DNA of 35,968 bases from Vicinamibacterales bacterium. GTDB lineage: Bacteria; Acidobacteriota; Vicinamibacteria; Vicinamibacterales; UBA2999. Shown one piece after another: positions 7,644 through 15,215 of this stretch; the first letter of the stretch is position 1, and every line of letters starts with the position of its first letter. The stretch is taken from positions 1 through 35,968 of the forward strand of contig DATCXH010001115.1 in NCBI GenBank assembly GCA_036565925.1. Direction: 5' to 3'. Position numbers and translations under genes: made by a program. Below the pieces are notes generated by a model that was given only the letters and a program-made list of their open reading frames with translations, was not told the DNA's origin and did no database searches.

Positions 7644-9544
7644 AAGCGCGGTTGGCGATCGGAGCGCTGGCGCTTGCGCTGCTGACGGTCGCGTATCGCT
7701 ACCTCTCATTCACCGATTTCGCCAACGATCACTTCGTGCATCTCTCGGTTGCGCAGCAGATCACCATGGGCGATCTGCCGGTGCGTGATTTCGTCGAACG
7801 CGGACTGCCGCTGATGCCGCTGATCTCAGCGGCAGGTCAGGTGCTGTTCGGCGAAGGTCTGCGCTCCGAGTTGTGGGTCATCGCGATTGCGTACGGCGTC
7901 GCCGCAGCGCTCTCCTACGTGGTGGCGCTGCAGATGTCGGGCGCGGCGGCGATTGCCGCGCTGACCGCGCTGATGCCGGTCGCTGTGTATCCGGTCACCT
8001 ACAGCTATCCGAAGCTGTTGGTTCCGGCGCTTGGCAGTGCGGTCGCGTGGTGGTATTGCGCGAGGCCGGACACGGTGCGCGCCGTGTTGATGTCCGTGGC
8101 CGTCGCCGCAGCGTTTCTCTTTCGCCACGACCTCGGCGTGTTTCTCGGCGTGAGCACGATTGCGATGATGCTCGCGTATCACGGCGTCAGCCGTGCGACG
8201 CTCGTCTCTGTCTCACGCGTCGTTGCGGTCGCCACGCTGATCGTGGCTCCCTATCTCGTCTGGGTGCAGGTCTTCGAAGGGCTCGGCACTTACGTGCGTG
8301 AAGGGATGGTCTTCTCGGAGCGCGAGGCGCAGCGGGCCAACTGGTGGACGCCGCCAAGGTTCGCAGTCGATTCGAGCCGACCACTCCTCGAGCCCCTCGC
8401 GCACGGACCAGTGATCAACGTCCGGTGGCAGCCGAACGCGTCTGAGGCCAGCATCGCCGACGCCGAAATCCGTCATCGACTCGTGCGTCAGTCCCTGAAC
8501 TCGCCACAGAGTTGGACCTACGAAATGCGTCGATGGTCCACGTCTGACATCGAGCGGCTGGTGAAAGATCCGCTCGCAGCGGACACGCAGGGTATTGACC
8601 GGTCCGCATTCCGCGTGCAGGTGTCTGCGCCGGGCGGCCTCGAGAGCTGGTTGGTCAACGTCTATGGGCCCGGGGAAGGCATGCGCCTTCGCGCCAACGC
8701 CACCGCCGCGCTGTTCTATCTCGTGTGGCTCGTGCCCATCGTGGCGGCCGCGGTTTTGGCCGGGACCTGGTCGACATCGACACCGACAAGTCGCGCGTTG
8801 GTCACCCTGTCGCTGGTCATGCAGTTCGCGATGAATCTCACGATGCTGCGTGACCCGATCGAGACGCGGATTCGCGACGTGCTGGTCCCCGCCTCGCTGC
8901 TGATGGCGTGGCTTGCGGGTCTTGTCTGGCAAGTCAGGTCGACCGGCATCGACTGGCCAGCGACGGCATCCCTCCGATCGACGGTCGTGCGCAGGTTGGC
9001 CGTCGCCGTTGTCCTCGTGATGATCGTGGCGGGGACCGCCGCCGTTGGTGATGCCTCAACGCAGATTGAACGTACCAACATCGCGAACGGCATCGACGGG
9101 ATCAATCTGCGCCTGCGGACGATTCGACGGGTGCTATCGCCTCCGGATCAGCGCACCGGACAACTGTCGCCCGCCTACCGCACGCTGGTGACGTCGCTGG
9201 TGCGCTGCACGTCGCCGGGCTCGCGATTGCTCACCCTGACCTTCGCGCCCGAGGTCTTCTTCTACACGCACCGCGCCTTTGCCGGCGGGCACGTCTCGTT
9301 CTCGCCGGGGTACTACACCAGCGATCGCGATGCGACGATGCTGCTGACGCGCGTGTCGTCGGAAGATGTGCCGTTCGTGATCCTCGACAGTCAGACCGAG
9401 GGCGAGATGCTCGGCGACTATCCGCGCATTGGATCGTATGTGCGAGCGAATTATCACGAGGCGTGGCGTGTGCCGCTCACCAGCGAGAAGGCGTTTATCG
9501 TGCTGGCGCGCAACGATCGCGCGGAATGCGCTCGGCTAGAATGA
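7640..9544 (+). CDS. Polytopic membrane protein, GT-C-like architecture (paralog 2 of 4), with an extra loop domain of about 110 aa
   Basis: The ATG at 7640 overlaps the upstream TGA (ATGA). The protein starts MKARLAIGALALALL..., with NDHF at 7724..7735 and GDLPVRDF. The C-terminal domain carries RLLTLTFAPEVFFYTHRAFAGGH..F.PGYY. The track ORF start at 7016 is an upstream read-through in the same frame. Confidence 0.8.
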   Translation: MKARLAIGALALALLTVAYRYLSFTDFANDHFVHLSVAQQITMGDLPVRDFVERGLPLMPLISAAGQVLFGEGLRSELWVIAIAYGVAAALSYVVALQMSGAAAIAALTALMPVAVYPVTYSYPKLLVPALGSAVAWWYCARPDTVRAVLMSVAVAAAFLFRHDLGVFLGVSTIAMMLAYHGVSRATLVSVSRVVAVATLIVAPYLVWVQVFEGLGTYVREGMVFSEREAQRANWWTPPRFAVDSSRPLLEPLAHGPVINVRWQPNASEASIADAEIRHRLVRQSLNSPQSWTYEMRRWSTSDIERLVKDPLAADTQGIDRSAFRVQVSAPGGLESWLVNVYGPGEGMRLRANATAALFYLVWLVPIVAAAVLAGTWSTSTPTSRALVTLSLVMQFAMNLTMLRDPIETRIRDVLVPASLLMAWLAGLVWQVRSTGIDWPATASLRSTVVRRLAVAVVLVMIVAGTAAVGDASTQIERTNIANGIDGINLRLRTIRRVLSPPDQRTGQLSPAYRTLVTSLVRCTSPGSRLLTLTFAPEVFFYTHRAFAGGHVSFSPGYYTSDRDATMLLTRVSSEDVPFVILDSQTEGEMLGDYPRIGSYVRANYHEAWRVPLTSEKAFIVLARNDRAECARLE

Positions 9545-9567
9545 ATGACCGTTCACAGCGTCCACGT

Positions 9568-9597
9568 TTCGTAGAGGCGGGTCTTCAAACGCGCCTG
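9568..9597. repeat. REP-like intergenic hairpin repeat, copy 1
   Basis: TTCGTAGAGGCGGGTCTTCAAACGCGCCTG with stem AGGCG/CGCCT. It closely matches the reverse complement of 11421..11453. Located in the 76-nt spacer after paralog 2. Confidence 0.5.
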
Positions 9598-9620
9598 AGA
9601 ACGTTGAGCCAGGAGGACCG

Positions 9621-10400
9621 GTGCCGCAGGTGCAGGATTCGCAAGTAAAGAAGTTCTGGGAGACCCGCGCTCAGGATCAGTCGTTGACTGACGCGGAGGC
9701 GACGCATTCAGACGTCTGGCAGCGTTGGCTCGAGATCGAGACGATCAAGCCGTTTCTCCGCGCCACCGATTCGATGGTGGACGTCGGCTGTGGATCCGGT
9801 TACGCGACGCGCCTGCTGGCGCCGCTGGTTCGCGAAACGCTCGGTATTGATTTCAGCGAGTCGATGATCGAACGGGCGCGGACCGCGGCAGCCGGCAAGC
9901 CGAACCTGCGCTTTGAAGTCGGCAATGCGCTCGACCTCGACCCGAAGGCGCTCGGGACGTTCGACGTCGCACTGTCTGTGCGTTGTCTGATCAATCTGGA
10001 GAGCTGGGATCGACAGCAGCGTGCGATTGAAAACATCGCCAGGCTGCTCAAGCCCGGTGGGCGGTTCATCTTCGTCGAGGGGCTCGCTGACGGCCGGCGC
10101 AACCTGAACGCGATGCGCGCGCAGATGGGCCTTTCGGAGATGCCGACGGTCTGGCACAACGTCGACTTCGAAGAGTCGCAGTTGTTGCCATTCCTCGATC
10201 GCTTGTTCACGCTCGATGCCCGTCGTCATTTTGGTGTCTACGACTTCGTCTCACGCATCGTCCATCCGATGGCCGTCGCGCCCGAGTCGCCCGTCTACGA
10301 CTCGGCCATCAACCGTACCGCGGCGCAACTGGCGGTGCAGCTCCAGGACTTCGGATCGGTGAGCCGCGTGGCGTTTCTCGTGCTCGGGCGGCGAGGCTGA
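9621..10400 (+). CDS. Class I SAM-dependent methyltransferase
   Basis: VDVGCGSGYATRLLA (motif I) and LLKPGGRFIFVE (post-motif). The GTG start is preceded by AGGAGG 4 nt upstream. Confidence 0.85.
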   Translation: MPQVQDSQVKKFWETRAQDQSLTDAEATHSDVWQRWLEIETIKPFLRATDSMVDVGCGSGYATRLLAPLVRETLGIDFSESMIERARTAAAGKPNLRFEVGNALDLDPKALGTFDVALSVRCLINLESWDRQQRAIENIARLLKPGGRFIFVEGLADGRRNLNAMRAQMGLSEMPTVWHNVDFEESQLLPFLDRLFTLDARRHFGVYDFVSRIVHPMAVAPESPVYDSAINRTAAQLAVQLQDFGSVSRVAFLVLGRRG

Positions 10401-11416
10401 TGGCAGATCGATCGACGGTCATCGTGACGGGCGGCGCCGGGTTCATCGGTTCGGAGCTCGTCCGTCAGCTGGCGGAACGCGGCGAGCGCGTTGTCATCAT
10501 CGACAACCTGGTCAACGGCAAACGCGAGAACGTCGCGAACGTGCTGTCGCCCGATGTGATCCTTCAGGTGAGTGACGTGCGCGACACTGATGCTGTGGTC
10601 CCGCATCTGCGCGAGGCCGGCATCGTCTATCACCTCGCATGCCTGGGAGTGCGCCACTCCGTGCATTCGCCTCAGGAAAACCACGATGTCAACGCGACCG
10701 CGACGCTGAAGCTGCTCGCGGCGGCGCGACAGGCCGATGTCCCGCGCTTCGTGTATGTGTCGAGCTCAGAGGTGTATGGGGGCGTCGAGTTCACGCCCAT
10801 TCTCGGTGACGCGATCAGCGAGGATCACCCGGCATTTCCCTGCACGGTGTACGGCGGGTCCAAGCTGGCCGGCGAGTCCTACACGCGCGCATACTTCCGC
10901 ACCTACGGCTACCCGACGGTCGTCATCCGTCCGTTCAATACGTATGGGCCGCGTTCGCATCACGAAGGGGACAGCGGGGAAGTGATTCCCAAGTTCCTCC
11001 TGCGTTGCCTCGCCGGCCGGCCGATGATCGTGTTTGGAGATGGTTCGCAGTCGCGCGACTTCACGTTCGTGAGCGATACCGCGGCAGGCATTCTGCTCGC
11101 GGGCGATCATCCGAAAGCGGTCGGCGAAACCATCAATATCGGCTCGGGTACCGACGTGAGGATTGCAGACCTGGCGAAGACGGTCGCGTCTGTCACAGGC
11201 CGGCCAAATGCCGAGATCGTGTACGACGAGCCGCGACCAGGCGACGTGTATCGCCTGATTGCCGATGTCTCTCGCGCTCGCGGCCTGCTCGGGTTCGAGC
11301 CTCGAGTGTCGATGGCTGACGGCCTGCAGCGTCTCCTGCAGTGGTATCGCGATCAGAAGAAGAGCCCCGAAGAACTTCTCGAGCAGGAAGTCGTCCGCAA
11401 TTGGATTCCTGCCTGA
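10400..11416 (+). CDS. NAD-dependent nucleotide-sugar epimerase/dehydratase (extended SDR)
   Basis: VTGGAGFIGSELV, SSSEVYG, YGGSKLAGE (YxxxK) and PFNTYGPR. The ATG shares one base with the upstream TGA. Confidence 0.9.
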   Translation: MADRSTVIVTGGAGFIGSELVRQLAERGERVVIIDNLVNGKRENVANVLSPDVILQVSDVRDTDAVVPHLREAGIVYHLACLGVRHSVHSPQENHDVNATATLKLLAAARQADVPRFVYVSSSEVYGGVEFTPILGDAISEDHPAFPCTVYGGSKLAGESYTRAYFRTYGYPTVVIRPFNTYGPRSHHEGDSGEVIPKFLLRCLAGRPMIVFGDGSQSRDFTFVSDTAAGILLAGDHPKAVGETINIGSGTDVRIADLAKTVASVTGRPNAEIVYDEPRPGDVYRLIADVSRARGLLGFEPRVSMADGLQRLLQWYRDQKKSPEELLEQEVVRNWIPA

Positions 11417-11420
11417 CAAG

Positions 11421-11453
11421 CAGGCGGGTCTGAAGGCCCGCCTCTACGACGAA
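11421..11453. repeat. REP-like intergenic hairpin repeat, copy 2 (inverted relative to copy 1); possible terminator/attenuator-like stem without a U-tract
   Basis: CAGGCGGGTCTGAAGGCCCGCCTCTACGACGAA with stem AGGCGGG/CCCGCCT (extendable with one G-U pair). Lies in the 36-nt spacer between the SDR and aminotransferase genes. Confidence 0.5.
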
Positions 11454-12622
11454 TGAGCAACACGACCGCGCCGATCCCCGTTGCACGACCCTGGCTCGAC
11501 GAGCGTGACGCGGAGGCTGCCCGCCGCGCCATCTTGTCGGGATGGGTGACACAAGGGCCGGAAGTCGCCGCATTCGAGCGTGAGTTTGCCATCGCCGTCG
11601 GTGCGCCGTATGCCTGCGCGGTCTCGAGTTGTACGACAGCGCTGCATCTCGCGCTCCTCGCCGTCGGTGTTGGTGCCGGCGACGAGGTCATCACCGTCAG
11701 CCATTCGTTCATTGCGACGGCGAACGCCGTCCGCTACTGCAATGCGATGCCGGTGTTCGTGGACGTGACGGCCGACACGTTCAACATCGATCCGTCCCTC
11801 ATCGAGCCGGCGATTTCCGATCGGACCAAGGCCATCCTTGTTGTGCATCAACTCGGTATGCCGTGCGAGCTGCCGCCGATCCTCGCACTCGCCGGGCGCC
11901 GCGGCATCCCGGTGATCGAGGACGCCGCATGCGCGATCGGCAGCGAGGTGCTGTGGGACGGGACGTGGGAACGAATCGGCAAGCCGCACGCTGACATCGC
12001 ATGTTTCTCATTTCATCCGCGCAAACTGCTCTCCACGGGCGATGGCGGGATGTTGACGACGCGCGATGAGAAGCTCGACGCCACGTTTCGGCTACTGCGT
12101 CAGCACGGGATGACGGTGCCTGATACCGTACGTCACGCCTCGTCGCAGGTCGTGTTCGAGCAGTACTCGGTTCCGGCGTACAACTACCGCATGACCGACA
12201 TTCAGGCCGCGATCGGTCGCGAACAATTGAAGCGCCTGGCGGCAATCGTCGAGCGGCGTCGCACGTTGGCGGCCGCGTATGCCGAGTGTCTTCGCGGCAT
12301 TCCCGGTGTGATTCCGGCCGCTGAGCCCGAGTGGGCGCGCACAAACTGGCAGAGCTATACCGTCCGCCTGCGGCCGCCGCTCGAGCAGCGACGGGTGATG
12401 CAGCGCTTGTTAGACGAAGGCATTTCGACGCGCCGCGGTGTGATGAATGCGCATCGTGAACCGGCGTATCCCGCAGGATCGTGGCGGGCGCCGGGCCCAC
12501 TGACGCGCGGTGAGCAGGCGCAAGACACTGCGATCGTGCTGCCGCTCTACCACCAGATGACTGACGAGGATCAGCAGCGGGTGATCGCGGCACTCAGGCG
12601 TGCCGTGTCGCGTGAAGGGTGA
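11453..12622 (+). CDS. DegT/DnrJ/EryC1/StrS-family PLP-dependent sugar aminotransferase (ArnB-like)
   Basis: SSCTTALHLALLAVGVGAGDEV, VIEDAACAIGS and FSFHPRKLLSTGDGGM (PLP lysine context). Length is 389 aa. Confidence 0.92.
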   Translation: MSNTTAPIPVARPWLDERDAEAARRAILSGWVTQGPEVAAFEREFAIAVGAPYACAVSSCTTALHLALLAVGVGAGDEVITVSHSFIATANAVRYCNAMPVFVDVTADTFNIDPSLIEPAISDRTKAILVVHQLGMPCELPPILALAGRRGIPVIEDAACAIGSEVLWDGTWERIGKPHADIACFSFHPRKLLSTGDGGMLTTRDEKLDATFRLLRQHGMTVPDTVRHASSQVVFEQYSVPAYNYRMTDIQAAIGREQLKRLAAIVERRRTLAAAYAECLRGIPGVIPAAEPEWARTNWQSYTVRLRPPLEQRRVMQRLLDEGISTRRGVMNAHREPAYPAGSWRAPGPLTRGEQAQDTAIVLPLYHQMTDEDQQRVIAALRRAVSREG

Positions 12623-13569
12623 TGATTTCCATCCTCACACCGGCGTTCAACGAATCCGTCAACCTCGAGAATCTCCACGCACGTCTCTCGCAGACGATGG
12701 CGCAGCTCGGGGAGGAGTGGGAGTGGCTGATCGTTGACGACCATTCGCGCGACGACACGTTCGCGGTCGTGCAGCGTCTCGCGCTGATCGATTCACACGT
12801 GCGCGGCATCCGGCTCGCCCGCAACCGCGGATCGCACGTGGCGATTACCTGCGGCCTGCATCACGTGCGCGGCGACGCCGCAGTGATGATGGCGTCGGAT
12901 CTGCAGGATCCACCCGAGACGCTCGGTGCGCTGCTGCAGAAATGGCGCACCGGCGCGCAGGTCGTCTGGGCGACGCGGCGCGAGCAGCCCGGCGAAGGAA
13001 CGCATGCCGGGTTTGCCTCGATCTACTACTGGATCATGCGGAACATCGTCGGGATGAAGGAGATTCCGTCGCGGGGTGCCGACTTCTTCCTTATCGATCG
13101 CGTGGTCATCGATGCGTTCCGTCGCTGCGACGAGCAGCACGTCAACGTGTTTGCGTTGATTACCTGGCTCGGATTCCGACAGGAGTACATCGAGTACGAC
13201 AAGCAACCGCGCGTGGCGGGGCGATCCGGCTGGACGATCGCTCGCAAGATCAAGCTGGTCGTCGATTCGATTACCGCGTTCTCCGATGCGCCGGTCCAGG
13301 CCTGCTGGCTGCTCGGCGCGGCGCTGATGGTCATTGGCTTCCTTTCCATTGTCGTTGGCTTGAGCGTGTTCGAGAGTTTGCAGGCCGCCGTCGTGGTGCT
13401 GCTCGGCGCGATTGCCGGCGGCACCGGACTTGTGCTGTGCGCGCTGGCAATGCTCGGCGAGTACGTGTGGCGCGCCCTCGATCAATCGCGGCGCCGGCCG
13501 CTGTATCTCATCGAGGCTACCGCCGGTCCAACCGCCACGTTCGATGGTCGACCGTCCGCGCGTCTCTGA
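12619..13569 (+). CDS. GT2-family polyprenyl-phosphate glycosyltransferase (ArnC/GtrB/DPM1-like)
   Basis: ISILTPAFNES and LIVDDHSRDDT (DxD region) in a GT2 catalytic core, followed by two C-terminal TM helices (ACWLLGAALMVIGFLSIVVGL, VVVLLGAIAGGTGLVLCALAMLG), as in ArnC/GtrB. GTGA overlap with the upstream stop; an alternative ATG lies at 12622. Confidence 0.88.
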   Translation: MMISILTPAFNESVNLENLHARLSQTMAQLGEEWEWLIVDDHSRDDTFAVVQRLALIDSHVRGIRLARNRGSHVAITCGLHHVRGDAAVMMASDLQDPPETLGALLQKWRTGAQVVWATRREQPGEGTHAGFASIYYWIMRNIVGMKEIPSRGADFFLIDRVVIDAFRRCDEQHVNVFALITWLGFRQEYIEYDKQPRVAGRSGWTIARKIKLVVDSITAFSDAPVQACWLLGAALMVIGFLSIVVGLSVFESLQAAVVVLLGAIAGGTGLVLCALAMLGEYVWRALDQSRRRPLYLIEATAGPTATFDGRPSARL

Positions 13570-15214
13570 GCAGCTCCGACGACCGGTCGTCGTCGCCGTC
13601 GTTGCACTCCTGCTGTTCGTATGGGTGTTTCTGTACCGTTTCAACACGCTTGGTGGCGCCTTCGGCGGGTTCGACAACGACCACTTCCTGCATTTCGTGT
13701 ACGCGAAACAAGTCCAGGCTGGAGAACAGCCGTTGCGCGACTTCATGGACGCCGGTCTGCAGGGCGCACGGCCATCATTGACCTACGAACTCTCGGCGGC
13801 GGCGCAGACCTACTTTGGGAACAATCTGCGATCCGAGGCGTGGCTGACGGTCGGTGGAGTTGCACTCGGTGCGGCAATCGCGTTCGTCGCCGCGAGCATG
13901 ATCGCGCCCTGGCCGTGGGCGTTGTTGACAGCGCTGTTGTCGGCGCTCATCTCCCCCAAGTTGTACGGCTATCCCAAGGTGCTGGTGACCGCCGTGGCGT
14001 CGCTGCTCATCGTCTGTGCGTCACGGCTGCCACCCCGAACGCGGGTCGCGGTGATGAGCGCGTGGACCGCCATCGCGTTTCTGTTCCGCAACGACTACGC
14101 AATCTACTGCGTCGTGGGTTTTGTCGTTATCACGGTCTGTGCCGCAACGGCGTCGTGGCGCGATCGCCTGACGCAGGCGGCCGCCTATCTTCTGTTGACT
14201 GGAGTGCTGCTGGCACCCTCGCTGTGGTGGGTGCAGCACTATCGAGGACTCACCGAGTACGCGCGCAACGGTCTCGAGATGAGCCGCAACGAGGCTTCAC
14301 GGACGCGCATTGGTTGGCCCCGGCTTTCGCTCGAGCACGGCCTGCGGTCCGTTATCGAAGACGAGGACAACGCGAAAGCCTGGATCTACTACGTCTTCCT
14401 CGCTGTGCCTCTCGTGGTGATCGGCGTGACGGCGAAGCACGCGATGCAGGGCAGGCACGAGCCACACGCGCCGGTTGCCGCGCTGCTGGCGCTGAGCGTG
14501 ATGACGATGGTGCTGTCGCACTACTTCCTTCGGGGCAATCTGGCCGCACGGTTTGGCGATATGGGACCGCCGATGGCGGTCCTTGCGGCGTATCTGCTCT
14601 TCGTGTCGACGAGAGGGCTCATCGACCATTGGCTGCGTGCGCTGCCTGGCGCCATGATTGCGATCGCCGTCTTCGGCATGACCGTGATGTGCACGTGGCA
14701 GATGGCGAGTGTCAGCAGCGAACTGCGAACCGGCCGTTTGCTCGAGCTGCCAGGCGATCTGTTCGAGCGGACGCGGCGCGCGTCCCAGGAACTCCTCGCG
14801 ATGCCGCCTTCATTGCGCGAGCAGGAAGGTGCCGGTCGCATGCAGGCCTCGGCGTACCTCCATCAATGCACGAAGACAACGGATCGCGTGGTGGTCATGG
14901 GCTATGCCACCGATGTGATCGTCTTCGCCGAACGGCTCTTCGGCGGCAGGCGTGCGAGCTTCGTCCCTGGCTTCTATGCCGACGACCGCTACTCACGCGA
15001 AACGGTCGCGTCGCTGCAATCCACCTCTGTTCCCATCGTGCTGGGCAGCAACCTGTTCGATGACGGGCAAATGCCGGTGATTGCCGACTACCTGCGCTCA
15101 CACTACGAGGAGGCGGGAAAGGTGCGGTTCTACGAGAGCGAGCTGCGCGTGCTCGTGCGCCGCGGTCTTGCCGGACAGCCGCTTGGTCCCGGAGGTCTGC
15201 CATGTTTCGGATGA
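13544..15214 (+). CDS. Polytopic membrane protein, GT-C-like architecture (paralog 3 of 4)
   Basis: Chosen start is the ATG at 13544 (MVDRPRVSEQLRRPVVVAVVALLLF...). NDHF is at 13676..13687, followed by GEQPLRDF, FLFRNDY and MSRNEASR. The C-terminal domain carries RVVVMGYATDVIVFAERLFGGRRASFVPGFYADDRY and the protein ends GLPCFG. It is highly similar to the next gene. Confidence 0.8.
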   Translation: MVDRPRVSEQLRRPVVVAVVALLLFVWVFLYRFNTLGGAFGGFDNDHFLHFVYAKQVQAGEQPLRDFMDAGLQGARPSLTYELSAAAQTYFGNNLRSEAWLTVGGVALGAAIAFVAASMIAPWPWALLTALLSALISPKLYGYPKVLVTAVASLLIVCASRLPPRTRVAVMSAWTAIAFLFRNDYAIYCVVGFVVITVCAATASWRDRLTQAAAYLLLTGVLLAPSLWWVQHYRGLTEYARNGLEMSRNEASRTRIGWPRLSLEHGLRSVIEDEDNAKAWIYYVFLAVPLVVIGVTAKHAMQGRHEPHAPVAALLALSVMTMVLSHYFLRGNLAARFGDMGPPMAVLAAYLLFVSTRGLIDHWLRALPGAMIAIAVFGMTVMCTWQMASVSSELRTGRLLELPGDLFERTRRASQELLAMPPSLREQEGAGRMQASAYLHQCTKTTDRVVVMGYATDVIVFAERLFGGRRASFVPGFYADDRYSRETVASLQSTSVPIVLGSNLFDDGQMPVIADYLRSHYEEAGKVRFYESELRVLVRRGLAGQPLGPGGLPCFG

Positions 15215-15215
15215 C

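Noticed and set aside
11421-11453. The hairpin after the SDR gene as a rho-independent terminator.
   Set aside because: The GC-rich stem is strong, but no U-tract follows it (the downstream sequence is CTACGACGAATG) and the next gene starts immediately. It more likely acts as a REP-like or mRNA-stabilising element than as a full terminator.
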